Assembly: GCF_001194135.2 (NCBI RefSeq) | Contig: NC_068987.1 | Coordinates: 29,167,735-29,231,734 of the forward strand | From: Octopus bimaculoides | Lineage: Eukaryota | Reading direction: 5' to 3' | Length of the DNA stretch: 64,000 nt | Shown: positions 48,917-61,860 of the stretch, one piece after another | How the letters are laid out: each line of letters opens with the position of its first letter | Numbering within the stretch: position 1 is the first letter of the stretch | Made by a program: the position numbers and the translations under genes | Notes under the pieces: model-generated | What the model saw: only the letters and a program-made list of their open reading frames with translations | Databases searched by the model: none | Told to the model about the DNA's origin: nothing

Positions 48917-51774
48917 AACACCAAACAAGATGAAGACAAATATCCGTCAAATGTAAATAATGTAAATAATGTATATAATTCCTCATCTCTTAAATGCAGA
49001 ACTGAATTTCGGCTTTGTTACAAGTATCAATATTGTTAAATATTAAAAGCACAAATTTGAGACAGGCTAACTAGACAGGGCAACTGGCGAAATGAGTCAG
49101 TGTCTCTGTATTTGCTGTCCCTTAGAAACAGGAATAATATCAGTTTATGTTGTAAAAATTCTATTTAATTAATTCATAAATATAGCCATCGAATGAAAAC
49201 TAAACTAAACGCTTATAGTCATTAACCCGTTTGTGTTACTCTACTGAATTTGAATGAGAAAGTCCAGAACGGTATACCATTTGTAGTTAAATATCCCGAG
49301 TTCCCCGAAAAATACTAATCTCCGCTTGGTCCAAAGTTCTCACCTGTGGCTTTAAGAAGAAATAACATAGGCAGCAGCCACATTCCAATGAATCAGGCGG
49401 GTGGATAGCCGTCTTCTAGTCTGAAACCCTCAGTAAGTCATGAAATGTATTCTATAATAGCAAAACTGACACTGATAAGGGCGGATAAGAACCAGAATGG
49501 ATGCCGTACCAAAAGGTTAGCTTTCAATGAATATTGTAAAACGCAAAAAGAAGAGCTAAACATATCAGCTTGATTATCCGCTACATATACCTCCATGCTT
49601 AATCGTCTTGACATTGCATTGCACTTGGAATAAATAAAACTTGAATGATAGAGTGATGTTGTATTGCTGAAGTTTCCTGTAGTTAAACTGAATGCACGAT
49701 CAAGTAATATTATAGTCTTAACATAATCACCACCCAGTGCAAACTATTTAAATGGAAACCTAAGATTGAATACGACATATGATATTATGACGCCTAATGT
49801 TTTGCTAATATATTATATTTTAATTCATCGCTCCTCGCTGCGGTGAAATTATTTTGTTTATAATGTTTTCCGTTTTCAAACATATATTGAATGTTACTGC
49901 GGAGTTTACCTTAAGCTATCAACCCACTCCTACTGTTTCCCTACCTCAAATGTGAAGATGATAGATAGCCTGTATAAGAAATCCTAATAAATTTAATACT
50001 TTAAAATGTGTTTAAGTTTAGTAAATAAATAATTGGATTTAACACGCAGACGTGACACACGACGCTGAAAATAAGTCAAGTTTCTCATCGTTCGAATGTA
50101 CCAGATATCACCTATCGTAAATAGATAAACCTTAGCTCATTACAAACTGAATTGTATTCTCTTACATTTATAGGGTTTTGACGTGTCAGGCAATTTTCAC
50201 CAAGCAACACACTTTGAACAATTTACTGCAACTCCCAACAATCTCTTCTAGTTTTATTCAAATAAAGCTTCAACGAGAACAAATAGCACTGTTCTCGTCT
50301 ATGGTGCAGGCAACAACTCTTCCGGCAACTGATTTCATCACTATTTAGATATTTCAGGAAAGTTTAACTACTATATACTTTAATATGAAAGAAAAAGGAT
50401 AATCTAATTTTGTGGTGTTTCATTAATGAGCGTTATATAGTAAGCTAAACTCCATTGAAAATAGGAATTAGACAATTCTTTATAGCATATCAATAGTGAG
50501 ATATAACTTCTGAAGCAATATCTTTGAAATTTTAATCGAAGTTCAGAGGGCCTGATAGGGCTAGGCGAAGCAATTTGTTGCATTGTGGTATCTCCAAAAT
50601 CTAAGTATAGTATAAAACGAAACTAATTAACGGTGAAGTGCTCTCTACCTATCCACTCTTCCTCTCGCTTTCATCTTCTTTGTCACTCTCTAGTGCGGAC
50701 AATATCTGCGCCTGGTACTTACACCTTTCTATACAGACAGTCATTGATATTTATGATGTCAACAGAGTTCTTCGATGTAAATTTAAAATGGTGACTTTTG
50801 AACGTGATTCAGAAAGGTATCAACATGACTAAATATTAATTATCTAAGCTTTAAAAACTAAATAAGAGGCAGATTAATCATCCGGAGTACCTTGAAAGTG
50901 AAGAAGGTAAAATCTTTTGCCAGCTAAGCATCCTTATACTGGAAACCTTTACACAGGTGTCAAGTTCGATTCCTACTAGAATCACCGGCCGCCACTCACG
51001 TTTACTATTCTATCATAAAGTTTAACTACTGTCAAAGTGCTTTAATATTTGTTCAATGTTTGTACACAGTGACCAGTAAGCTGCCAGGAATCTAAGACCA
51101 TGAAGTGGTTCCGATCTCTGTTGGATGTTGCTTCACTTCCTTTAAACGAACTAAGTCGTTAGAAAAGACATAAAAATCCAAATTTCCATTACCAGTTTCG
51201 TAAATAATCGAAAGACTTTAGGCCAATACAAAAGAAAATGGTACTGAATTTATATTTTCTTTACATTAAATTTGAATGTTCTAATATTGAACAAATTATC
51301 CTAAAGCTTAATTGCCTTAAGTAAGGCTGCATTTCGAAACAAGCAATTTAATCCAGCTCTAGACGCACAGAGATATCGGAGCTACAACTTGAATTTAACA
51401 TTATTCGGTAAAGCATTGTTATACATTTCTAAGGTTGTTTATAATCTTTGACGGTACCATTAAAACAGAAATCCATTCCCTCAAACAATAAAACCATAAG
51501 AAAGTAGAAATAAATAGACCAGGCCTTGATTTATAAAGAAAACTTTGAGATAGTAATTCAATTATTATTATTATTATTTTTTTTTGTTGATCGAATGAAA
51601 ATCATTTGCTATCTCTATATTAGGAATTATATTGTTCCTAATTACTAGAGTTTAATGATTTTGGTTGGCAAGCTGATATATAGACGTGAGAGCTTCGAGT
51701 GAATAATGTGGTCTCATCAATATATTTCCTGCAGTTCATGCTCTTTCAAACGCCATGAATATATATACATGCAT

Positions 51775-51829
<55 letters not shown>

Positions 51830-53347
51830 AGAATAGAGACAGCTGATGAAGGAATATTCCAAGTGGCTTTCCGTTTTCCTATGTGTTCGTTCCGTTGTCT
51901 GTAGTTCATTGTTTTAACGTCCTGTACCCTGATATGCATATATATATATATATATATACACATGTAGATGTAAGTATGTACANNNNNNNNNNNNNNNNNN
52001 NNNNNNNNNNNNNNNNNNNNNNNNNNNNNNNNNNNNNNNNNNNNNNNNNNNNNNNNNNNNNNNNNNNNNNNNNNNNNNNNNNNNNNNNNNNNNNNNNNNN
52101 NNNNNNNNNNNNNNNNNNNNNNNNNNNNNNNNNNNNNNNNNNNNNNNNNNNNNNNNNNNNNNNNNNNNNNNNNNNNNNNNNNNNNNNNNNNNNNNNNNNN
52201 NNNNNNNNNNNNNNNNNNNNNNNNNNNNNNNNNNNNNNNNNNNNNNNNNNNNNNNNNNNNNNNNNNNNNNNNNNNNNNNNNNNNNNNNNNNNNNNNNNNN
52301 NNNNNNNNNNNNNNNNNNNNNNNNNNNNNNNNNNNNNNNNNNNNNNNNNNNNNNNNNNNNNNNNNNNNNNNNNNNNNNNNNNNNNNNNNNNNNNNNNNNN
52401 NNNNNNNNNNNNNNNNNNNNNNNNNNNNNNNNNNNNNNNNNNNNNNNNNNNNNNNNNNNNNNNNNNNNNNNNNNNNNNNNNNNNNNNNNNNNNNNNNNNN
52501 NNNNNNNNNNNNNNNNNNNNNNNNNNNNNNNNNNNNNNNNNNNNNNNNNNNNNNNNNNNNNNNNNNNNNNNNNNNNNNNNNNNNNNNNNNNNNNNNNNNN
52601 NNNNNNNNNNNNNNNNNNNNNNNNNNNNNNNNNNNNNNNNNNNNNNNNNNNNNNNNNNNNNNNNNNNNNNNNNNNNNNNNNNNNNNNNNNNNNNNNNNNN
52701 NNNNNNNNNNNNNNNNNNNNNNNNNNNNNNNNNNNNNNNNNNNNNNNNNNNNNNNNNNNNNNNNNNNNNNNNNNNNNNNNNNNNNNNNNNNNNNNNNNNN
52801 NNNNNNNNNNNNNNNNNNNNNNNNNATATATATATATATATAAACATAATTAAGGGATCAGCAAACATTTGCTTTACCACATACCGAAGTTCAATATTGC
52901 TTGTGCATTCCAAAACCGAGTTACCGATTTTGACATATGGGGTATAAAAAGATTCAGTACTATTTCGGCTACAAATTAAACTTAATTTCCATTCATATAT
53001 TTGCATTTCAAAAATTTAACATTATAATCTTTCCCATAAATCAACTATCGTAAACATTTTATACGATGACGTCATATTTTCAATATGTTTGTGTACCTTA
53101 AACGACATCAATAATCACGAGATACACCTTCAGTCACTTTCTTTCTCTCTGTCCTTTTCGCTTTCTTTTCCATCAATTTCTGCTCTCTTAAAATAAATTT
53201 CTTCCGGAATGAGCGGGAAAAACACAACATGAGCCACCACAGCAGAATGGTGTCATTGTATGTGTTGACTGGCATAACATCATATCTTTTTGTTAAGCAT
53301 AGTGTATCAAGGAGTATATTATCCAAAATTTATCTCTCCTTTATAAG

Positions 53348-53460
53348 CGTGGTTGTGAGGTTGAGAAGCCTGCTTTTCAACCATGTCGCCTGGGTTCAGT
53401 CCCACTGTGCGGCACGTTGACCAATTCTCTTTCATTACAGCTCCGCGCCCACCATAGCTT
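53348..53460 (+). mobile_element. SINE family B head fragment
   Basis: gcgtggttgtgaggttgagaagcctgcttttcaaccatgtcgcctgggttcagtcccactgtg is homologous to the head at 60432-60360 on the minus strand. Confidence 0.65.
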
Positions 53461-54536
53461 TCTGAATTATATAATTGCCATTAATGTATTGATATATAAG
53501 ATAACACATACAACTCACTTATCATTGTCATATAATAAACAAATAGAAGTTCGTGTATGAAATTGTTCTTTATTTTACTTCAACTATCACATGTTTTTCA
53601 ATACACACATACAAGAGGAGTAAATCTATATATATAATAACACATTGAACGTGTCTCTCGAGAAAGAGTAAAAGTAATTACCCGATCAACTACGGGTATT
53701 ACTGTTAGTTTATTTTAAAATAGTCAGCCGCTTTGGAATTATTTGGAGCTTTGAATACAAATAAGCATTTCTACAACATTTACATATTCCTCGTTATTCA
53801 TTCCTTCGGTATCTGTTTGTATTTTACAATTCTCTCTATTGCCAGAATGCAGAACTACAAACTTCCTAATTGCTAAACGAATGATTTTCAGCATAACAAT
53901 TCACTAAAACAACTCTGGGGAAGAGTTTTTACGAGATAATGGAGTTTAGATCAACTAAGAATATATTTACCTTTTAATAGACTGTGAGAGTAGTATATAG
54001 GTTGCTTGAATTTATAATTCGTTCGACAGACGGTGAATGCATGGTTTTACAATACAGGAAAATTACACAACTTGCATGTATTGGGTTGCTTTGAGATCTT
54101 TCCTTCAGTTTTATTCAATAAAGAATTTTTATGACATCTTGCCATTCTACGAAACATAAAATAGTTGAAGAAGTTTCTTATATGCTTTTTGATGATTAAG
54201 CTAGCTTTACAAGAAAAGACGTTTTAAAATTTTATTAAACTTTGAAATTGACCTTAATTTAATTACTAAAAGTCAGATGACAAGCAATAATTTAATACAC
54301 ATAAATCTTTTAGAAAAACCAGGAAAATTATTGGAATAAGAAATTTATGCAATATATTTCATATGAAATGATAAGGCGATGTAAATATCTAAGTGTATTA
54401 CAAAGATATTTTCCATCAAGCTGTTATTGCTAAAAATTCAATTTACGTATGGCCTACAATGCACTATTTTTATTTGTCTGTTACGTATAAGGTAAAATTA
54501 ACTTGAAAACTTTGTGTTCATACTACTAGCTTCTTT

Positions 54537-54611
<75 letters not shown>

Positions 54612-54814
54612 ATATATATATACTTAAACATGCATAATTATTTATATATACACACACATATATGTGTGTGTAAATATGTTTATATATATATAAATATAAA
54701 GATACNNNNNNNNNNGTTTATATATATATAAATATAAAGATACATATATACATATATAAACATATGTATATATGCATATATATACATTCAAACAGGCTTT
54801 CAGATATGTATGTA

Positions 54815-54858
<44 letters not shown>

Positions 54859-55659
54859 CATTTGTGGATATATTTCCTAATCTTATATTGAAATTATTAT
54901 TAAGAAATTGCACATATAGAAAACAATTGTTCTAAAACTTTTGCTATGACTTTTACAAATGAATGCCACGATGGAAGTGATTGAAGTAAATTATAATTAT
55001 ATGCAGCTCGAACATACTCATGCACACAGACGCACATACTCATATTAGATGAGTGTGAAGGAAGGCAGTGTCTGAGATCGCCAAGATTGATGACGTTAAC
55101 CTTCCACTTACACGTTTCAAACTGACGGTTGAAGGAACGACATGCTCAGAGGATTATTTTCAGAGAACAGATATTCTGGGGGATGTTTGATGTTTAAAAG
55201 GGCTTTTGCAGTGCCAATGACTATGAGCAGAAGGAAAAGCAGACATAGCAAACATCACGTGTGTTGGATAGACGCTGTGGCTTGTCTGTCAGAAAATTCA
55301 TCTAAACCAACCAAACGACTTATGATGTCTAAGAGACGTGTGTTTAACAGTAATGTGAGCAACATTAAAATAGTTGCTAACAAATTAATGAAGTAAAGCA
55401 AGAAATATTAATTACTTGAAAAATACAACTAGTAACATAAACAATCATTATCTAAACGTAGAGGAAGGCAGTGTCATGGTTTAAAAATCAATGAAAGCAA
55501 CCGTAAATGTAATTAGTTAAAGTCAGTTAATTAGGAAATAGAGTGGGTAGTGCTATTGCTGTTTACCAGTCCCGTGACAGAAACATATTTGCACTTTCTG
55601 ATCAGATCTTTTTATTAATAGATTGGTTACAAATGTTAGCATTGAACCATCAATTTTAC

Positions 55660-55832
55660 ATGTGGTCGAGGGATAAGTCGATTCAATCGACTATAGTGCG
55701 TCACTGATACAAATTTTATGCACCCTGAAAGGATGAAAACAAAGTCGGCCTCCGTTGCATTTGAACTTAGAATGTAGCTTCGGATGCATTTTGCACAGTA
55801 TTCTAGCAAACATGTCAGCTCGTCGCCTTTAT
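55660..55832 (-). mobile_element. SINE family A copy
   Basis: gtcgattcaatcgact..ccctgaaaggatgaaaacaaagtcggcctc..tttgaacttagaatgt..cagctcgtcgcctt. Confidence 0.65.
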
Positions 55833-56297
55833 CATTTACTGAATGATACTTCTTGTGACTAACGGTGTAATTCTAAGTAAATGAAGCAGATAAGTTACTA
55901 TTTTGTTTTCATGCAGCTGGCAACTTCAGGTAATTTCTTTAGCCTTGTCCTTTAGAATAATTAAAAGCCATGCACGTCGTTCACCTGGGAATGTTTAGCA
56001 CTATAAAAGAGATTCATGACAAATGATAAGTGCGCTTGAAGAGAATTAATAAGCTTTGTTTTGTATGTGTGTGTTTGTGTGTTATTGTATGTATACGGTA
56101 TGTGTGTGTGTGTGAATGAGTGTGTGTATGTGTGTACGTCTATTTATACATTAAATAATATACACACCCATAGAACTGATACATACGCCAATGAAACTGT
56201 TCTAATACATGCCGAAGTGTCATGAAAAAATAATTTTTTCTGCTCTAATTTTTGTATTCTTCTGACTCTATTTACGAACAGATGATCGGGAGTGATT

Positions 56298-56299
56298 AT

Positions 56300-56388
<89 letters not shown>

Positions 56389-56430
56389 AGCAGCAGCAAC
56401 AGCCCCAGCAGCAGCAGCAGNNNNNNNNNN

Positions 56431-56472
<42 letters not shown>

Positions 56473-56487
56473 CAGCAGCAACAGCCC

Positions 56488-56520
<33 letters not shown>

Positions 56521-56609
56521 TAGTAGTAGTAGTTATTGTTGCTATTATGTATGTATGGATAGATAGATAGACAGACAGACAGACACATAGATAATAGCGT
56601 GACCGACTG

Positions 56610-56682
<73 letters not shown>

Positions 56683-56775
56683 CGGATTGATTGATTGATT
56701 GAGTGAGTGAGTGAGTGAGTGAGTGAGTGAGTGAGTGAGAGAATGAATGAGTGAGTGAGTGAGTGAGTGAGTGGT
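56298..56775. repeat. Compound microsatellite block: (TAG)n, (CAG)n, (GATA/GACA)n, (GATT)n, (GAGT)n
   Basis: Read directly from the sequence; contains a 10-N gap with duplicated flanks. Confidence 0.95.
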
Positions 56776-56833
56776 GTAAAGATTTTATATATTAAGTAAA
56801 AGAGGATAATCAGCATTTTCGACNNNNNNNNNN

Positions 56834-57769
56834 GAGGATAATCAACATTTTCGACACCCCCTGCCTTTGGCTTTTAATCAAGGTTCTAAGGCTGCAAAAG
56901 CTGCTTGCGACATTTGTGCAGTGTATGGAGAGGGAGCCATAGCTGAAAGAACTGCCCGTGATTGGTATGCCAAGTTCGAAAATGGGAATTTTGATCTCAA
57001 TGACGCAGCACGTTCTGGCCGTCCAGTTGAGTTCGATGAAGATCGATTAAACCAACTTTTGCACGAATATTCTCGTCAAACGACAAGGGAACTATCAGAG
57101 AAATTAGAATGCTCCCATACTGCTATAGAGAAGCATCTTCAGTCGATGGAAAAGGTTCAGAAGTATGGAGCATGGGTTCCGCATGCTTTAAGTGACAACA
57201 ACAAAAATCAACGAGCCACAATCTCCGCAGGTTTGCTTGCTCGTCACCGCTCAACTTATGGACACAAGCAACGATTTCTTTACCGTATCGTTACTGGCGA
57301 CAAAAAATGGTGCCTGTACATCAATATGAAGCAGAGTAAGGAATGGCTTAGCCTCGGTAAACAAGCGACACCATGTGTGAAGCAATATCTTCATCTGCGT
57401 AAAACGACGTTGTGCCTATGGTGGGACTGGGAAGGGATTATCCATTATGAATTGCTTGAACGAAACCAAACGTTCAACGTGGAACTCTATGTTCAACAGC
57501 TGGAACTACTCAACACGGCTATTCTAGAGAAAAGACCTAATTGTCAGCATGGAGTTCTTCTGCCGCATGACAACGCCCGTTCTCATGTCGCCAATATGAC
57601 CAAGGAAGCCTTTCAAACGCATTGCTGGGAAGTGCTGCCACAACCGCCGTACTCTCATGATTTGGCACCAACGGATTTCCACCTTTTTCGATTTCTTTCA
57701 AATGTTATGCATGGAGATTCGTTCAATACTGATGCAGAATTGAGAGTTTGCTTGGATCAATTTTTTTAG
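56834..57769 (+). CDS. Mariner transposase (DD34D), end-truncated but internally uninterrupted; no ATG; probably non-functional
   Basis: An open frame from EDNQHFRH (56834) to a TAG at 57767-57769. It has RSGRP, TTRELSEKL (HTH), WVPHAL, IVTGDKKW (D1), LWWDWEG, HDNAR (D2), PPYSHDLAPTDFHLF (D3), with exactly 34 residues between D2 and D3. The typical last 30-35 aa and both TIRs are not visible. HFRH and NFDL..RSGRPVEFDED suggest the mellifera subfamily (inference). Confidence 0.92.
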   Translation, partial: EDNQHFRHPLPLAFNQGSKAAKAACDICAVYGEGAIAERTARDWYAKFENGNFDLNDAARSGRPVEFDEDRLNQLLHEYSRQTTRELSEKLECSHTAIEKHLQSMEKVQKYGAWVPHALSDNNKNQRATISAGLLARHRSTYGHKQRFLYRIVTGDKKWCLYINMKQSKEWLSLGKQATPCVKQYLHLRKTTLCLWWDWEGIIHYELLERNQTFNVELYVQQLELLNTAILEKRPNCQHGVLLPHDNARSHVANMTKEAFQTHCWEVLPQPPYSHDLAPTDFHLFRFLSNVMHGDSFNTDAELRVCLDQFF

Positions 57770-57912
57770 TCAAAATCTCTTTGCCTACATATCCATTTAC
57801 CTACCTNNNNNNNNNNNNNNNNNNNNNNNNNNNNNNNNNNNNNNNNNNNNNNNNNNNNNNNNNNNNNNNNNNNNNNNNNNNNNNNNNNNNNNNNNNNNNN
57901 NNNNNNNNNNNN

Positions 57913-57955
<43 letters not shown>

Positions 57956-58019
57956 ACAGCATACTAACAAATCTGCTTGTATATGTATCAACTGTGAGTA
58001 ATGTGGTATCACTATCTTC

Positions 58020-58770
58020 TATCTGTATCTCCTATTTAGCACGCGGCATGTTTCCTTTATGAAGATATACTCCTGTATTTGTCTGAGTGTTGGGTTCTTC
58101 CTGTGCTTGGACGAATGGTGGATGTGAATTCGACCCAGTGTGCCTCCATGTTAGTCTTTGGCATGTTGGTAGAGTATGGAGGACTCTATGTTTTTTGTCG
58201 TCATATTGTCTCAAATGTCCATTTAACCTCTTCGCAATGCTTCTAGATGTTTCACCAGTGTATGTCCTGTTCTTGTCTTTGCAAGCACCCTCTATGTTCT
58301 TTATGCTGTAGACTACATTTCTAGTTCTACTGTTAACGCCAGGGTTAATCTTACATACCATGCAGCTTTCATTGGTGAATGTGGTATTATCAAAGGTGTA
58401 CATCCCACCTAATTGTGATCTGATGGATCTCCTTGGCTGTTCAACGATCTTAATGTTGAGTTTCGTCTCCTTTAGAGCTTTCCTAAACCAATTCTCTGGA
58501 TATGACCTGAAAGATAGGATTCAGGTATACAAGGGAGGTAGAGGGAGTTTAGATAGCATTATATGTAAGGAAACCAGTGTGGTGCCTGCCCTAAATACAG
58601 AGGTAAAGACTAAGATAGGATACAGAGAGTTTGTGACAAAGCAAACAGTATGAGCACATGGTACAAAGGCATAAATATCAAGGAGCAATGTTTGTAGAGG
58701 CCACAGGCCATAGAGATTTAGGAAAACTCTGAAGGAAAACAAACTCTTGCAAACCAAATACAATAACTGA
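58020..58770 (-). mobile_element. Penelope-like element 3' fragment (GIY-YIG endonuclease), degenerate
   Basis: ORF 58032-58403 contains RNVVYSIKNIEGACKDKNRTYTGETSRSIAKRLNGHLRQYDDK (VVY..YTGET..RL.EH-type GIY-YIG). Same family as 7840-8470. Confidence 0.85.
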
Positions 58771-59984
58771 ATATATATATATATATACACACACGGAATT
58801 TTGTCAGTGAACAGGTCGCTGTTTCAAAGTGTCGAAACTATTTTGACAAATCAAATTTAAATGCTGAAGTGAATCTAACGGTTTTTGTTTTCTTTAAATG
58901 GCTTATAAATACCTTCCACGCTGCAGTTGTTTTTGTTTCAGCACATGATCTCAGATCAGGTCACTTGTTATGCAAGTACATCCTCGTAATATATTATATT
59001 ATATTATATTATATTATATTAATAATATAACTGCTCCTCTCCACCTATCCAAATCTGTAAAATATCAGAGAGACAGTAAAATGGAATTATTACATCGATT
59101 ACATGAAATGTATTATACACTCTGCCCATCAGTAAATATCTGCATGTCTATTATGGTCGTGTAGAGATTGACATGATTGTATATGTACAATCATGTCTAT
59201 CTATTAACGAATATTAACGTATAAGGCAGCCAAAGACACGAGCGTGACACATATATGTGTTACTGGCAACCACGTATATATATATATATATATATATATA
59301 TNNNNNNNNNNNNNNNNNNNNNNNTGCAAATACACTCACACAGAAAGATATTCATTTAATAGCCGTTAAATTTGCTCGGGCATATGTTTGCATATGGCTT
59401 GAGTTTACAGATAAATTGAGAAAAATACTTCAGATTAACTTCTATTCCTTCAGATATTTCTATTCAGTCAATTTAATTTTTAGCAAAATATCTAAAGATA
59501 CTCTTTTGGACTCTGGATTTTCCCTGTTTGGTTTTGTTTCATGTATCTAAATTTATGCCTATGAAAATTGTCGGAAATTCTGTTCACATCTATTCCATTT
59601 GATTTTTTTTTTCATCGGTAGCTTTTCGACAGATTCTATGCAGTAATTAAAATGATTTTAAGTAAAATGAAAAAGAAACTTGACTTATAATTAATGCTAG
59701 GCAACGATATTTTTATCTGATTCATTAAGAGATAATTGGATATGAATGTGTCTCACTGGTTTGCGAAAATAACTGATAATATCTTCAGTATATCCACATA
59801 TTTTGCTTGTAGTATTTCAATTAGCCAATAATAAATCAATCTTTTTAACTATCTTTCATCTTTTACTTGTTTAATCCACTGGGAAAGTGTAGTGACGGTT
59901 CTTCCGACAGGAACATATGGAGGATGTGCCAGAAATCTCTTCCGCGACTTTCCTACGAATAGCGAGCAGAGGAAATGTATATAT

Positions 59985-60208
59985 TTTCTTTTATCTTTTA
60001 CTTGCTTCAGTAATCAGACTGCGGCCATGCTGGAGTACCGCCATGAAGAATGTTTTAGTTGAATGAATCAATCCTAGTACCGTTCTTCAAAGCCTGGTAC
60101 TTATTCTATGGGTCTTTTTTCCGAACTGCTAATTTGCGAGCCGTAAGCACATCAACACCGGTTCGTCAGGAAGTGGTAGAGGACAACCACAGATACACAC
60201 ACATACAT

Positions 60209-60271
<63 letters not shown>

Positions 60272-60432
60272 GCGGCCTTGTTTTCAGTTTCGGACACTAA
60301 ATCCACTGACGAGGTTTTGGTTAGCCGAAGGCTATTGTAGGAGATACCTGTCCAAGATGTCACGCAGTGGGACTGAATTTGGAATCATGAAGTTGCGAAG
60401 AAAACCTCTTACCACACAGCCACGCCTGCGCC
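59985..60432 (-). mobile_element. SINE family B, full length, with internal (TA)n
   Basis: Minus-strand head aggcgcaggcgtggctgtgtggtaagagg..aattcagtcccactgcgtg, then gaaactgaaaac, (TA)n, and tail gcatggccgcagtctgattactgaagcaagtaaaaga. Confidence 0.85.
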
Positions 60433-60796
60433 TAGATGGATGAAATTACAATATTCTCTCTCCCCAAAGAACTGTGACTTTGTATTTTTCTAAGAAATCC
60501 TAATCTATCTATATATATGTTCCCTAATTTCAACGTCAACGTGAAATCGTATTTATTTCCTTCGTTGACTTTTGTAAATAATTATTAGATTAACATGAAT
60601 TCAATTTTACGAATCAAAGTGGTAATTAATCCTGTCTAATTCCTATTTACCACCACAAAGTAAACATATTCTGAAATATTAGTACTTGTCAATATATGGA
60701 TCATGGTTATGCTATAATAGCTTGGATTTTTCTGGATCTGGGACACATGATAAGAACGTTATTAGGTCTGTTTGATCACATAAATATCGAAAAAGC

Positions 60797-60918
<122 letters not shown>

Positions 60919-61642
60919 GTAGGTATGTATGTATTACAATACGTATATAAGTTTGCGTTTATGTGCGTATCCCAGAATCATATATATATAGTGATATATA
61001 TATATATATATATAATTATATCGTGTTATGCGTATGTTCGGTGAAGGGACGGGCGTGTCCAAATGATTTAATTGACTAGATTATTATTTAATTCTAAGGA
61101 TTCGGTTGTCAGTAACGGTTCTGGTATGCAAAGTTTTATAGTCGTTCCAGCCTTGATTGTTCGATTGCACCAGTTGCCAGTCGATCAATATTTCTCACGG
61201 GTAGCAGCGAAGCGAATAATTAATTAAATCTCGTAGTTTGATAACGATCAAACGCACAAGTATTCTTCACGCACACTCTCTGTGGTTTGAAGATTAGGAT
61301 CAATTAATATAATTATCAATTTCACCATTGACTTAACTGGAATCTACAGAAGGCATTGTTTTGTTGCTTGGTTAATGAATACCGTATAAGTTTAGCGCAA
61401 AATATTCATTTAGTCTGTTTCCAGATAATATCATATTTTTCCTTTAGTTACTGATCGATTGAAACAAGAGTATGAACAAGTTTGCTGAGTTACATATATA
61501 CACGCTAGGTTTTATTTATTTATTTATTTATCTGTTTATTTATTTACAATCTGCATATTGTTTTTCTTTCGTTTATTGATAATTTCCCTCTTACATACTC
61601 AGTCATCAGTGTGGATATTTGGCTGCGCCTTTATGGATATAT

Positions 61643-61860
61643 AAGGCCGCGAGCTGGCGGAATCGTTAACACGCCGGAGAAAATGCTTAGCAGCATTTTG
61701 TCCGTCTTTACTTTCTGAGTTCAAATTCCGTCGAGGTCGACCTTGCCGTTCATCATTTCGGGGCCGATAAAATAAGTACCGTTTGAGCACTTGGATCAAT
61801 GCAATTAACTTACCTCATCCCTCTAAACTGATGACCTTGTGCCAAAATTTGAAAGCAATA
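61643..61860 (+). mobile_element. SINE family A, full-length solo copy
   Basis: aaggccgcgagctggcggaatcgttaacacgccgg..ttctgagttcaaattccgtcgaggtcgacc..ccttgtgccaaaatttgaaa. Confidence 0.85.

Larger units (their letters stand above)
48556..49004. mobile_element. Near-palindromic insertion of two head-to-head Penelope-terminal-repeat-like arms, flanked by a target-site duplication
   Basis: Arm 48556-48770 is the reverse complement of arm 48771-48967 (roughly 85% in the non-microsatellite parts). Central perfect stem TTATTCAGGT/ACCTGAATAA. Flanks are TTCGGCTTT at 48547-48555 and 49008-49016 (11/12 match if extended to AA[G/T]TTCGGCTTT). Confidence 0.85.

Noticed and set aside
51835-51870. CTGATGAAGGAATATTCC hammerhead-like start
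   Set aside because: The stem II-like palindrome is not followed by GAAA and no stem I or III partner is visible; an incomplete motif.
55142-55396. 84-aa ATG-initiated ORF
   Set aside because: Short, with no recognisable motif or splice context; within chance expectation.
56380-56510. Apparent direct duplication of ggtggtagcagcagcaacagccccagcagc across a 10-N gap
   Set aside because: Duplicated flanks around fixed 10-N gaps recur (54680-54745, 56800-56855; also around the larger gap at 23960-24500). This is typical of unmerged contig or haplotype overlaps, so it is an assembly artefact.
56800-56855. Repeat of gaggataatca(g/a)cattttcgac at the mariner 5' end that looks like a TSD
   Set aside because: It straddles a 10-N gap and is part of the transposase coding sequence. 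Mariner TSDs are TA.
61020-61280. GC-box and CCAAT-like motifs suggesting a promoter (also ATTGGCCAAT near 62605)
   Set aside because: Short motifs with no supported downstream gene; not distinguishable from chance.
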